Source: Planctomycetota bacterium (GTDB taxonomy: Bacteria > Planctomycetota > UBA1135 > UBA2386). From it: a stretch of DNA of 64,000 nt. The stretch spans positions 5,664,001 through 5,728,000 of the forward strand of contig OZ245006.1 in the NCBI GenBank assembly GCA_965223545.1, in the 5' to 3' direction. The notes beneath the pieces were generated by a model. It made no database searches, was not told the DNA's origin, and saw only the letters and a list, made by a program, of their open reading frames with translations. Each line of letters starts with the position of its first letter. The first letter of the stretch is position 1. Position numbers and translations under genes: made by a program. Positions 47,583 through 57,408 of the stretch are shown piece by piece.

Positions 47583-48344
47583 CTAGGACTGGTCGGGATC
47601 AGCGCCTGGTCCATCGGGCTCCGTGCCGAGCACCCGACGCACCATCGCGTCGGGGTTCTGCAAAAAGGCACGGGTCACGATGAAGTGCTCGGTTTCCTCG
47701 AAGCGCACGTCCTCGAGGCCGTGCTCGTCGAGCAGAACCATGCGCGCATCGGGATACGCCATCAGGATCGGGGAGTGGGTCGCGATCACGAACTGGCTGC
47801 CGCGCTCAACGAGGTCGTGCATGCACGCCAAGAACGCCAGCTGCTTCTGCGGCGACAGCGCCGCTTCGGGCTCGTCGAGGATGTAGAGGCCTTGATCGCG
47901 AAAGCGGTTGCGGACCACCCAGAGGAAGGCCTCGCCGTGCGATTTCGTGTGTAGGTTTTCCCAGCCGTAGCTCGCGTAGCCCTCGGCCTCGGTGGAGAGG
48001 TTGAACATCGTCTCGGCGCGCAGGAAGAAGCCGGACTTCTCGCGCTTCGCCCCGCGCGCGAGGCGGATGGAGTCGATCAGCGAGGACTCGCTGGGTCGAT
48101 GCGACGCCCTGAAGTTCTTGGTTCCACCTTCCGCGTTGAACCCCGCCGCGACGGCAATGGCCTCGATGAACGTGGACTTTCCGCAACCGTTCTCGCCGAC
48201 GAGATACGTGACCTTCGGGTGGAACTCCAGCCGCTCGAGCTGCGCCACGGCCGGGATGTTGAAGGGGTGCTGATCCCAGTCAGGGACTTCGTCGCGACAC
48301 AGCTCCAGGTGTCGGAGGAAGCTGTTCAGGCGATCGGCGTTCAT
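47583..48344 (-). CDS. stand-alone ABC/AAA ATPase (COG3910-like)
   Basis: GENGCGKST, GFNAEGG, FFLRAE, SHGE, YILDEPEAALSP, ATHSPIL. Confidence 0.9.
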   Translation of the reverse strand: MNADRLNSFLRHLELCRDEVPDWDQHPFNIPAVAQLERLEFHPKVTYLVGENGCGKSTFIEAIAVAAGFNAEGGTKNFRASHRPSESSLIDSIRLARGAKREKSGFFLRAETMFNLSTEAEGYASYGWENLHTKSHGEAFLWVVRNRFRDQGLYILDEPEAALSPQKQLAFLACMHDLVERGSQFVIATHSPILMAYPDARMVLLDEHGLEDVRFEETEHFIVTRAFLQNPDAMVRRVLGTEPDGPGADPDQS

Positions 48345-48410
48345 GAGTCCTGCGTTCGCGGTCCTGCTGCTACGCTACTCAGGTCGTAGCCCATGGACTA
48401 GGCACCCCAG

Positions 48411-49313
48411 ATGCAGCGAATCCGGTCGGCAACTCTCTTCACTCTCGTCGCAAGTTCGAGCGTCGCGCTGGCCACCGGCGCGCTCTCGGCGCAGGACGAC
48501 GGCTTGCGCGCGCTGGACGGCGAGTGGACCTACCTCGAAGACCGCACCGAGGGCCGCGCCCTCGAGCGGATGGGGCCTCCGATGAGCGCGAAGTTCTCGC
48601 TGCGCGTCGAGGAGGACGCGGTCATCCTGGTGCGCGGCCATGGCTCCGGGCACCGCGATGTGCGCGTCGCGCTCGACGGTTCGATCACCGAAGTCGTCGA
48701 TGCGGGCAAGACCTCGCGCTACCGCGGCGCGTGGAAGGACGGCGCCTTCACCTACGAGGTCGACTTCGCGCGGGGGGAGGACAGTGCGCCCACGGGGCTG
48801 ATCCGGCGAGAGTTCCGCCACACCGCCGACGGTCTGCTCGTGCGCGCCGTGCGGTCGTCCGAGTCCGTCGGCCTCTACCGCCACGCGGAGGACATCCCGA
48901 TGCCGGCGCCGACCGAGGCCGCGATCGGTGACCTGGGGTGGCTGGCCGGCGCGTGGGTCGGGACGCGGAGCTCTGGCAGCTCGATCGAGGAGCGGTGGAG
49001 TCCGCCGCTCGGCGGCGCGATGCTCGGCGTGTCGCGCACGGTCTCCCGCGGCAGGATGTTCGCGTTCGAGTTCCTGCGCATCGTCGAGCGCGACGGCGGG
49101 CTGGTGTACTTCGCGCAGCCCCGCGGCAATCCGCCGACCGAGTTCGTGCTCACCGAGCTGACCGAGACGCGCGCGGTGTTCGACAACCCGCGCCACGACT
49201 ACCCGAAGCGGATCGTGTACGAGCTCTCGGCGGGGAATGGGCTGACTGCGACGGTCGGCTTCATGAAGGGTGGTACCCCCCGGCGCTTCGAATACCGGCG
49301 CGAAGAGGAGTAG
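48411..49313 (+). CDS. secreted protein with C-terminal DUF6265-like domain
   Basis: Signal peptide; LGWLAGAW...EERW...MLG...FEFLRI...FDNPRHDYPKRIVY. Confidence 0.75.
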   Translation: MQRIRSATLFTLVASSSVALATGALSAQDDGLRALDGEWTYLEDRTEGRALERMGPPMSAKFSLRVEEDAVILVRGHGSGHRDVRVALDGSITEVVDAGKTSRYRGAWKDGAFTYEVDFARGEDSAPTGLIRREFRHTADGLLVRAVRSSESVGLYRHAEDIPMPAPTEAAIGDLGWLAGAWVGTRSSGSSIEERWSPPLGGAMLGVSRTVSRGRMFAFEFLRIVERDGGLVYFAQPRGNPPTEFVLTELTETRAVFDNPRHDYPKRIVYELSAGNGLTATVGFMKGGTPRRFEYRREEE

Positions 49314-49385
49314 GGACTCGGCCTCCTCGTCGCCGAGCGGACACGCTCGCACGGGGGTGTGCGACGCTAGACTTGCACGAACGCC

Positions 49386-49646
49386 GTGAGCCACCGTTTG
49401 CAGTCTCGGGACACGACCCCCAGCGCCGAGCGCGAGCAGTTCGCAATCCTGCGCGCGATGCGGCCCGACGAGAAGCTCCGCCTGATGGGCGAGCTGTGCG
49501 CGAGTGCCCGCTACTGGACTACGCTGGGGCTCCGGCGGCGCTACCCGAACGCGGACGACTCCGAGATTCGCATGCGCCTGTTCTCGACGTGGCTGCCCCG
49601 CGAGACCATGCTCCGTTGCTACGCATGGGATCCCGGTGAACACTGA
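49386..49646 (+). CDS. small helical protein, putative antitoxin or partner of the downstream nucleotidyltransferase
   Basis: SRDTTPSAEREQFAILRAMRPDEKL...GLRRRYPNA; overlaps the next gene by 11 nt. Confidence 0.7.
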   Translation: MSHRLQSRDTTPSAEREQFAILRAMRPDEKLRLMGELCASARYWTTLGLRRRYPNADDSEIRMRLFSTWLPRETMLRCYAWDPGEH

Positions 49647-50223
49647 TCACGTCCCGCCGCACGTAGAGGTCGCGCTCACCGTCGGCGCAGCGCTCGATGC
49701 GCTGGGGCTTCCGCACATGGTGTGCGGTTCGGTGGCGAGTTCGGTCCATGGCGAGCCCCGCTCCACACACGACATCGACTTCGTGGTCGACTTCTCGGAG
49801 CAGGACGAAGAGCGGCTCGCCGCAGCGCTTGCCGATGAGTTCTTCGTCGATCCCGAGGCGCTGCGCTACGCGGCGCGGAGTCGCTCGAGTTGCAACGTGC
49901 TGCATCGGGCGACCGGCATCAAAGTCGACCTGATCGTGCTGCGCGACCGCGCGTTCAGCCGCGAAGAGCTGGCGCGCAGGATCCGGGTGACCGCCGGGGC
50001 AGGCCGGCAGCTCAGCGTTACCACGGCGGAGGACATGGTGCTCAGCAAGCTCGAGTGGTTTGCCAAGGGTGGCGAATCGAGCGAGAACCAATGGCGTGAT
50101 GTCTGTGGGCTGCTCAAACACCAGGGCGACGGCCTCGATGATGCTTACCTGGACACCTGGGCACCTCGAATCGGTGTTCAGAGTCTGCTTGCCCGCGCCC
50201 GGAGCGAGACCCGCTCGACGTGA
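49636..50223 (+). CDS. Pol-beta-superfamily nucleotidyltransferase (DUF6036/AbiEii-like)
   Basis: CGSVAS...GEPRSTHDIDFVV (GS...DxD), KVDL, TAEDMVLSKLEW, QWRDV. Confidence 0.8.
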   Translation: MNTDHVPPHVEVALTVGAALDALGLPHMVCGSVASSVHGEPRSTHDIDFVVDFSEQDEERLAAALADEFFVDPEALRYAARSRSSCNVLHRATGIKVDLIVLRDRAFSREELARRIRVTAGAGRQLSVTTAEDMVLSKLEWFAKGGESSENQWRDVCGLLKHQGDGLDDAYLDTWAPRIGVQSLLARARSETRST

Positions 50224-50293
50224 GCCCAGCGACGGCATCCAGCGTGTCGGAGTCGCCGAGCGGTGATTGCACGAAGCTGATTGGGCAAACCGC

Positions 50294-51148
50294 ATGGTGA
50301 CCCGCGTACTCTGCGTGCGGCGCGGCGGGTTGGGCGACACCGTGCTGATGGTGCCGGTGCTCCGCGCCCTGCGCACGGCGGTCGGCCCCGCGCGGCTCGA
50401 GTTGGCCGGCGCCGCCGAGCATGCGGGCGTCTTGGAGCACTTCGGTGTCGTCGATCGCGTGTTTTCGAGCGAGTTGTTGGCGGGCTTGCGCGATTACTAC
50501 GACTGGGTCGTCTCCGACGGCAGCGGCGGGCGGGGCGCAGGGAGGAACGCGCCGCGACACACCGCGTTCGACCCGGTGCTCGGGCCGGACGACGAGCGGC
50601 CGGCGTCGCTGCAGCTGCTGGCGCGCATCGGATTGCCGGCGCCGGCGGGTGGGCTGGCCGCCGCGACGGCCTTCGGGCCTGGCTGGCAGCCGGCGGTGGG
50701 TGCTGCGGTGTGCCTGCACGCGGGTAGCGGCGGGCGGCACAAGTGCTGGCCGGTCGAGCACTACGCCGCGCTTGCGGCGGCGCTCGCGGCCGACGGGGTG
50801 CCGGTGGTGGCGCTGGAAGGGCCGGTCGAGCGCGAGCGGGGGGTGGCGTTGTGTGCCGAAGACCGAGTTGCGCCCGAGGGCGTGGTCGCGCTGGCCCAGC
50901 TGCTCCTCGGGGCGCGCGCGTTCGTCGGCAACGACGCCGGGCCGACGCACCTTGCCGCGGCCCTCGGCGTGCCGACGGTGGCGATCTTCGGTCCCACCGA
51001 CCCACGCGTGTGGGCGCCGCCGGGGGCGCGCGTCGTGCATTCACCCACCGCGGGCGGGCCGCCGGACGCGACCGTGGCCGAGGTGCTGCGGACGGTGCGC
51101 GCGGTGCTCGCCGATACATCGCCGGGCTGCGGGCCGACGCGGGCTTGA
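50294..51148 (+). CDS. glycosyltransferase family 9 (LPS heptosyltransferase-like)
   Basis: GGLGDTVL, HAGSGGRHKCWP, FVGNDAGPTHLAAALGVPTVAIFGPT. Confidence 0.9.
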   Translation: MVTRVLCVRRGGLGDTVLMVPVLRALRTAVGPARLELAGAAEHAGVLEHFGVVDRVFSSELLAGLRDYYDWVVSDGSGGRGAGRNAPRHTAFDPVLGPDDERPASLQLLARIGLPAPAGGLAAATAFGPGWQPAVGAAVCLHAGSGGRHKCWPVEHYAALAAALAADGVPVVALEGPVERERGVALCAEDRVAPEGVVALAQLLLGARAFVGNDAGPTHLAAALGVPTVAIFGPTDPRVWAPPGARVVHSPTAGGPPDATVAEVLRTVRAVLADTSPGCGPTRA

Positions 51149-51169
51149 GGTTTGAGGGTGGCGTCGCCG

Positions 51170-51832
51170 ATGATCCGCGTCGTGATCAACGCGCGCAGTC
51201 TTGTCGGTCCAGTCCGAGGCGTCGTGGCGCTGGCCGGAGTCGTCGTCGCCAGCTCCTGCGTCAACCTCCACGAAGTCGAGGAAGGACGCGTCTACCGCGT
51301 CTCACAGCCCGACAGCCAGCAGCTGCGCTCGTGGATCTGGCGCTACGGGATCGAGACCGTGGTGCGGTTGCGCGGCGGCGACCCCGGCCGCTCGGGCTTC
51401 GACGACAGCTTCGAGCCGACGTTGGATGCCGGCATCGACTTCGTCCAGCTGCCGATGTCCGCCAATCGGTTTCCGGAACGGCACGAATTGCTCGCGCTGT
51501 GCGAGCTGTTCGAGCGTGCCCGCTACCCCATTCTGCTGCATTGCCGCGCTGGCGCGGACCGCACCGGCCTGGCGAGCGCGGTGTACACCCTGCACGCGAC
51601 CGGCGACCTCGAGCGGGCGCGGAGTCAGCTGTCGCTGCGCTATCTGCACACCGGGTGGCCGTCGACGCACTGCCTCGATGAGGTGCTGGATCTGTACGAG
51701 CCCTGGCAGGAGCAGATGACGTTCGCCGAGTGGGTGCGCCGCGGCTACACGCGGCCGCACCACGACACGGTGACCGAGGAGTATCTCGAGCGCCAGCGGC
51801 AGCGCCTCGCCGCCGCGTCCCCGGCGCCGTGA
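51170..51832 (+). CDS. dual-specificity/tyrosine phosphatase family protein, probable lipoprotein
   Basis: Possible lipobox ASSC; NLHEV...YRVSQP; catalytic HCRAGADRTG. Confidence 0.88.
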   Translation: MIRVVINARSLVGPVRGVVALAGVVVASSCVNLHEVEEGRVYRVSQPDSQQLRSWIWRYGIETVVRLRGGDPGRSGFDDSFEPTLDAGIDFVQLPMSANRFPERHELLALCELFERARYPILLHCRAGADRTGLASAVYTLHATGDLERARSQLSLRYLHTGWPSTHCLDEVLDLYEPWQEQMTFAEWVRRGYTRPHHDTVTEEYLERQRQRLAAASPAP

Positions 51833-51842
51833 CGGCCGCCGG

Positions 51843-54722
51843 TCACGCCAAGAGCGCCTGCAGGTCGGCGCGGCTCAGCGTGCGCAGCACCGCATCGTCC
51901 GCCGGCACCAGCGCCGACGCCAGCCGGCGCTTGTGGTCCTGCAGGGCCAGCACCTTCTCCTCGACGGTGTCGGCGGCGACTAGCCGGTAGGCGAACACGG
52001 GGCGGCGCTGCCCGATGCGATGGCAGCGGTCGATCGCCTGCGCCTCCGCGGCGGGATTCCACCACGGGTCGAGCAAGAAGACGTAGTCGGCGGCGGTCAG
52101 GTTGAGGCCGAAGCCGCCGGCCTTGAGGCTGACGGCGAACACCTGGCAGTCGTCGTGCTCGGTGAAGCGCTGCACCGCGGCGCGGCGGTCCCGCGTCGAG
52201 CCGTCGAGCCGGCTGTGGCGGATGCCGGCGGCATCCAGGCGCGGCTCAAGCAGATCGAGCATGCCGGTGAACTGGGAGAACACCACCGCCTTGTGGCGCT
52301 CGGCGCAGAGCTCGGCCAGGCGCGCCATCAGCACGTCGAGCTTGGCGCTCGCCGCGTGCCGCTGGCCGGGGTCGATCAGGCCCGGGTGACACGCGGCCTG
52401 TCGGAGCCGCAGCAGCGCCTCGAGCATGGTCGCCTGGCGCTCGGTCTGGCCGCCGCTGCGTGACAGCCGCACCAGCTCCTCGCGGTAGTGATCGCGCAGA
52501 CTGTCGTAGCAGTGGCGCTGCGCCGGACCCAGCTCGCAGCGCAGCAGCTGCTCGGTCTTCGGCGGCAGGTCACGCACCACCTGCTGCTTGGTGCGGCGCA
52601 GGAAGAACGGCCGCAGCCCGCGGTTGATCAGCGCCAGCCCCTCGTCGTCGGCGGCCCCGCTGCGCGCCGCCTCGAAGGCGCTCGCACGGCCGAGCAGGCC
52701 GGGGTTGAGGAACTCGAACAGCGACCACAGGTCGCCGGCGTGGTTCTCGACCGGCGTGCCGGTGAGCGCCAGCCGGTGGTGGGCGCGCAGCAGGCGGGTC
52801 GCCTTCGCCACCTGGCTGCTCGGGTTCTTGATCAGATGCGCCTCGTCGAGCACGACGTAGTCGAACGCCACGTCCGCCAGCGCGGCGGCGTCGAGGCGCA
52901 GCACGCCGTAGGTGGCCAGCAGCAGATCGCCGGGGCGCAGGGTGGCGAGCAGCGCTTGGCGGTTGGGGCCGCGGTACTCGAGCACGCGCAGCCCCGGCGC
53001 GAACGCGCGCGCCGCATCGGCCCAGTGAAAAAGAACCGCGCTCGGCATCACCACCAGACTGGCGCCGGCGTGCCGCGCCTGCCGTTCGGCGAGCAGCGCC
53101 AACACCTGCACGGTCTTGCCCAAACCCATGTCGTCGGCGAGACAGCCGCCGAAGCCGAACTCGCGCAGGTAGTCAAACCAGCCCAGCGCCTGGCGCTGGT
53201 AGTGCCGGAGCGTGCCGCAGAAGCTCGCGGGGGCGTCGCGCGGCGGGATCCCGTCGAAGCGGCGCAGGCGCGCGCGCACGCGGGCGAACGCGTCGTCGAC
53301 GGCGACCTCGGGCTGCGCCAGCAGCAGTGCGTCGAGCAGGCCGGCCTGGCGGTGGCGGAAGCGCACGACGTCGCGTTCTTGCTCGCCGAGCTCGAGCAGC
53401 GAGCGGATGCGCTGCATCCACTCCGGCGGGACCAGGCCGAGGCCACCGTCCGCCAGCGGCACCGTGCCGCGGCGGCGGCGTGCCGCGGCGAGCACCGCGG
53501 GCAGCGGCACGATCTCGTTGCCATAGCGCAGGCCGCCGCGCAGCTCGAGCCAGTCCGGCCGGCTGTCGACCGACAGCGCCGCGCGCAGGGGCAACACGAC
53601 CGGCCGTTCGTCGACCGTCACCGCCCATCCCTCGCCGGTCAGCCGCCGGGCGAGGTCGGCCAGCTGGTCGACGCCGGCGGCCAGCGGGGGGCGGTCTGCC
53701 AGCACGTTGGCGACCGGCTGCAGGCCCGCGGCGAGGGCGCGCCGCGCGGCGGCGAGCTCGAAGCGCAGGTCGCGCTGCACGAACGCGCCATCGGCGGCGG
53801 CGCGCACCGCCCGTCCCGGCGCGCCGGCCTCGACGAGCGCGGTGCCGTAGTCGAAGCGCACCCGGCACAGCAGCCGGCTCGGATCGGCGGGATCGCGGGC
53901 TGCATGCAGGCATGCGAGCGGTGGCACCGGCGGCGCACCGGGGGTCATCGAGGCGGGCAGCTCGAGGTGCGCGTCGCCGGGCAGCGCGAGGATCGACTCC
54001 AGCAGGGCGTCCCGCCGCGTCGCCGGCACCGCGATCGGCGCGCGCCGCAGGAGAGCCGCCGCCGCCGCCGCGCCGCGGAAGTCGGCGCGTGCCAGCTGGC
54101 CGCCCCGCAGCGCGAAGGCGCCCAGCAGCAGCGCGTCGAACTCGGCGAGCGGAGCGCGCGCGCCCGCCCGCGACAAGAAGCCCTGCACGGTCAGGCGCGG
54201 CCGGCGGCTGGCGTGCTCGACGCGGATGCCGAACTCCCAAGCCGCACCGTCGTCCCACTCGAGCCGCTGGGTGGCGGCCGCGGCGCGCACCGCGTGCAGG
54301 CGGCCCGTGCGGCACATGGCCTCGACCACCGCGGTCGCCCCCGCCTCCGCCAGCACGAACCGCGCACTGCGCACCGGCCGCGCGCCCGAGCACGGCTGCT
54401 CGGCGCCGCGCAGCGTGCCGACGATCTCGCGATCGCGCGCGTCCGCCAGCTGGGCTGGCTCGAGTTGGCTCGCGGGCAGGGGTGCCAGGCACTCGCCGGC
54501 GCCGTCGCGGCGCGGTGCGCGCACGCGCAGCTCGACCGCCAACAACCCGGTGTCGTCGGCGTGGTCCAAGTCGACCACGTAGTGCAGCCGCCGCTCGGCG
54601 CGCAACAGCCGGGTCCAGTGATCGCGGGCGGTGCCTTGCGCCAGCCGGCGCAGCGCGTCCAGATCCGCCGCGTCGGGATCCACCGCACTGGGCAGTGCAA
54701 GCCTGTCGTCGGATTCCGCCAT
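51843..54722 (-). CDS. SNF2/SWI2-family helicase-like ATPase
   Basis: LRHYQ, LADDMGLGKT, DEAH, LTGTPVEN, VFSQF, GLNLTAAD, QAIDRCHRIGQ. Confidence 0.95.
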   Translation of the reverse strand: MAESDDRLALPSAVDPDAADLDALRRLAQGTARDHWTRLLRAERRLHYVVDLDHADDTGLLAVELRVRAPRRDGAGECLAPLPASQLEPAQLADARDREIVGTLRGAEQPCSGARPVRSARFVLAEAGATAVVEAMCRTGRLHAVRAAAATQRLEWDDGAAWEFGIRVEHASRRPRLTVQGFLSRAGARAPLAEFDALLLGAFALRGGQLARADFRGAAAAAALLRRAPIAVPATRRDALLESILALPGDAHLELPASMTPGAPPVPPLACLHAARDPADPSRLLCRVRFDYGTALVEAGAPGRAVRAAADGAFVQRDLRFELAAARRALAAGLQPVANVLADRPPLAAGVDQLADLARRLTGEGWAVTVDERPVVLPLRAALSVDSRPDWLELRGGLRYGNEIVPLPAVLAAARRRRGTVPLADGGLGLVPPEWMQRIRSLLELGEQERDVVRFRHRQAGLLDALLLAQPEVAVDDAFARVRARLRRFDGIPPRDAPASFCGTLRHYQRQALGWFDYLREFGFGGCLADDMGLGKTVQVLALLAERQARHAGASLVVMPSAVLFHWADAARAFAPGLRVLEYRGPNRQALLATLRPGDLLLATYGVLRLDAAALADVAFDYVVLDEAHLIKNPSSQVAKATRLLRAHHRLALTGTPVENHAGDLWSLFEFLNPGLLGRASAFEAARSGAADDEGLALINRGLRPFFLRRTKQQVVRDLPPKTEQLLRCELGPAQRHCYDSLRDHYREELVRLSRSGGQTERQATMLEALLRLRQAACHPGLIDPGQRHAASAKLDVLMARLAELCAERHKAVVFSQFTGMLDLLEPRLDAAGIRHSRLDGSTRDRRAAVQRFTEHDDCQVFAVSLKAGGFGLNLTAADYVFLLDPWWNPAAEAQAIDRCHRIGQRRPVFAYRLVAADTVEEKVLALQDHKRRLASALVPADDAVLRTLSRADLQALLA

Positions 54723-54750
54723 CGATCGCCAACCGCCGCGGCAGAGGCTA

Positions 54751-56463
54751 TCACGCCGGGAGTCGGAGCGCGAAGCAAGCGCCGCGCGCACTTGGCTTCA
54801 GCTGTAGGTCGCCGCCGAGATCGCGGGCCAGCGCGCGCGACAGCGAGAGACCGAGGCCGATGCCCGGCGCCTCGTCGTCGAAGCGCTCGAACGGCGCGAA
54901 GACACGCGGTGCCCGTTGGCTTGGAATCCCCGGACCCTCGTCGGTGACGGTGATCTCGACCCCACCGCCGTCACTCCTGCCGGCGAACGAAAGCGTGATG
55001 TCGGGGTGCTGTGCGCTGGCGCCGTATTTGCACGCGTTGTCGATCAAATTGAACAGCACTTGGGCAACCGCGTCCGGATCGGTCGCCAGCGGCGTGTCGC
55101 CGCCGTCCACCGCGATCCGCAGCGAGAAGCCCGCCTCCTGCACGCGACGGCGCAGCTCGGGCAGCGTGCGCTCGGCCAGGGCCGTGAGGGTCAGCGCGGT
55201 GCGTCGCACGCGAAACCGACCGTCCTCGACGCGGGCGTAGCACAGGACGTTCTCGACCAGCCGCGTGAGCCGGTCGGCTTCGTGGCGCAGGGTCTCCAAG
55301 TACTGCTGCCGCTGCGCTGCGTCGCGCACCATGCCGTCGGCCAGCATCTCGCTGTACATGCGAAACGTCGTCAGGGGCGTGCGCAGCTCGTGCGTCACTG
55401 TCGAGGCGAACCGCGCCCGCCGCTCGCCGAGCGCCAGGGTGGAGTGCAGCGTGTAGCCCACCGCCAGCGCCGCCAGCAGCGTCGCCAGCCACGCGCCGGC
55501 GAGCGCGGTGTGGGCGGCGCCCCAGCCGGACGCGACGGGGGACGGGGGCGGCAAGTGCAGCTTGGCCGGCAACATCGCCAGCGACTCGCCCGGCGCGCGG
55601 TCGCCGAATCCCGGCAATGGCTCCAGCGTGGCGCCACGGGTTGGGTCGAGGTCGGAAACCTGCGCCAGCAGATCGGCGCGCAGCCGCGGCCAGTCGGCGA
55701 GGACTCCCTGGTGTGTAAGGTCGCCGCCGTCGCTGCGCACTTCGCGCACGAACGCGAGCTGCGGGGGTGACTCCGGGAGCCAGACCGCCACCAGCGGGCC
55801 GGGCGAGCCGGCGGTCCAGGCCGGTGCCGGCGCCATGGCGTGTTGCTGGGCCATGTTGGAGACCAACGCGCGGTTTTGAAAATCGAGGTCGTAGCCCGGA
55901 GCCGAGGAGCCCACCGGCAGCGTGTTGGTGGTGGCGAGAAGTGCCGCCACCTCCGCGCACGCCGACGCCAGCGACTGCCGATCGATCACCGCCCGCAGGT
56001 GTGCCAGCTGCCGCGCCCGGTCGTCGATGTCCCGCAGACCCGGCACCGTCTCCTCCGCCAGGCGGCGCCAATCGTCGGCCGGGACCTGCGGCGACGTCAC
56101 CCCGCCGTCGGCGTCGACTTCGAAGTGCAGCGGCAACAGCGCCGAACGAAACACCAGCAGCGGCGACGGTGCCACCACCTCGTCGGGGGCGAGCTGGTGG
56201 CGCACGTTGGTGTAGGCCTGGCGCTGCGGCACGAAGCTGCGCCAGTGCTGCACCGGCCGCGCCGCCTCGCGCGCCAGCAGCGGTGCCAGCCACGAGTCCA
56301 TCCGCCACAGCGCCAGCCGCTGCACGGCCTCGTGATCCCCGTGCCGGCGCGCCGCAGCGCGATCGCGCTCGAGTTGCAGCACCAGGCCCGAGACGAACAC
56401 CAGCGCGCCGCCGATCGCGGCGCAGCCCGCGGCAAACGCCCACCACGCCCGCCGCTGCCTCAC
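54751..56463 (-). CDS. membrane-bound sensor histidine kinase (HisKA)
   Basis: Two TMs flanking a periplasmic domain; THELRTPL, NLIDNACKY, DEGPG, GIGLGL; GTGA coupling to the regulator. Confidence 0.92.
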   Translation of the reverse strand: MRQRRAWWAFAAGCAAIGGALVFVSGLVLQLERDRAAARRHGDHEAVQRLALWRMDSWLAPLLAREAARPVQHWRSFVPQRQAYTNVRHQLAPDEVVAPSPLLVFRSALLPLHFEVDADGGVTSPQVPADDWRRLAEETVPGLRDIDDRARQLAHLRAVIDRQSLASACAEVAALLATTNTLPVGSSAPGYDLDFQNRALVSNMAQQHAMAPAPAWTAGSPGPLVAVWLPESPPQLAFVREVRSDGGDLTHQGVLADWPRLRADLLAQVSDLDPTRGATLEPLPGFGDRAPGESLAMLPAKLHLPPPSPVASGWGAAHTALAGAWLATLLAALAVGYTLHSTLALGERRARFASTVTHELRTPLTTFRMYSEMLADGMVRDAAQRQQYLETLRHEADRLTRLVENVLCYARVEDGRFRVRRTALTLTALAERTLPELRRRVQEAGFSLRIAVDGGDTPLATDPDAVAQVLFNLIDNACKYGASAQHPDITLSFAGRSDGGGVEITVTDEGPGIPSQRAPRVFAPFERFDDEAPGIGLGLSLSRALARDLGGDLQLKPSARGACFALRLPA

Positions 56464-57158
56464 CGCGCCTTCTCCCCGCCGCCGGCCAGCATGTAGCCGG
56501 TGCCGCGCACCGTGACGATCGCGTCGTCGGCCTTGGCGTCCAGCTTCTCGCGCAAGCGCGCGATGTGCATGTCGACGGTGCGCGTCTGCACGCTCTTGGG
56601 GTCGAGGCCCCACAGGCTCTGCAGCAGCTCGTCGCGCGGCACGGCGCGGTCGGGGTTGCAGGCCAGGTAGCGCAGGATCTCGGTCTCGCGTTCCGACAGC
56701 GCGCGCGCGGTGCCGTCGGGCAGCACGACCTCGCGCCGGGCCAGGTCGATCCGGCGGCCGGCCAGCTCGAGCTCCCGCACGTCGAGGGGCCGGGCGGCGG
56801 AGCGGCGCAGCACGGCCTCGACGCGAGCCAGCAGCTCGCGCGCCGAGAACGGCTTGACCACGTAGTCGTCGGCGCCGTGCTCGAGGCCGTGGACGCGGTC
56901 GGCCTCGGCGCCGCGGGCGGTGACCATGATCACCGGCAGGGTCGGCCGGCAGCGGCGCACGTCGGCGAGGATGTCGAAGCCCGACGCGCCCGGCAGCACG
57001 ACGTCGAGGATCACCAGATCGAGGTCTGCGGCGCGGGCGATGCCGCCGCCCTCGGTGCCGTCGCCGCTCTCGATGGTGTCGTAGCCGGCGTAGCGCAGGG
57101 CGTCGACGATGCCGCGGCGGATGGCGGCGTCGTCTTCGACCACCAGAATGCGTCTCAT
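56460..57158 (-). CDS. OmpR/PhoB-family response regulator
   Basis: ILVVEDD, ILDVVLP, GADDYVVKPF, winged helix RTVDMHIARLREKL...TVRGTGY. Confidence 0.96.
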   Translation of the reverse strand: MRRILVVEDDAAIRRGIVDALRYAGYDTIESGDGTEGGGIARAADLDLVILDVVLPGASGFDILADVRRCRPTLPVIMVTARGAEADRVHGLEHGADDYVVKPFSARELLARVEAVLRRSAARPLDVRELELAGRRIDLARREVVLPDGTARALSERETEILRYLACNPDRAVPRDELLQSLWGLDPKSVQTRTVDMHIARLREKLDAKADDAIVTVRGTGYMLAGGGEKAR

Positions 57159-57220
57159 CGGCAGGGCCTCGGCTCGAACGGCATCATGCGACAGTAGACG
57201 GCGGCGGCGCCGCCGCCGCC

Positions 57221-57240
57221 GTCACCGCTGTGTAACCGCT
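57221..57240. promoter_or_regulatory. candidate OmpR/PhoB-type operator (direct repeat, 11-bp period)
   Basis: GTCACCGCT-GT-GTAACCGCT, about 60 nt upstream of the response regulator, in a divergent intergenic region. Confidence 0.45.
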
Positions 57241-57408
57241 CGCCGCGGCCGCCGGAACCCCGGCCGCGGAAGCCCCGCTGCCACCGCGCGCTGCGCCCGC
57301 CGCCGATTCTGCGAAGATTGTTCCGGCCGTCGGCCCCGCCGCCGGCAATCACGCTGCAGCCCAGCTCCGCGCCGCCGGTGCGGCGCCCGTCACGGGACGC
57401 CACCAGCC

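Noticed and set aside
47583..50223. AAA ATPase plus nucleotidyltransferase as one defence island
   Set aside because: Opposite strands, separated by an unrelated secreted protein, and no partner nuclease beside the ATPase
51843..54722. SNF2 helicase as part of a DISARM/BREX/Zorya-type system
   Set aside because: No methylase, nuclease or other defence genes adjacent; it looks like the common stand-alone bacterial SNF2
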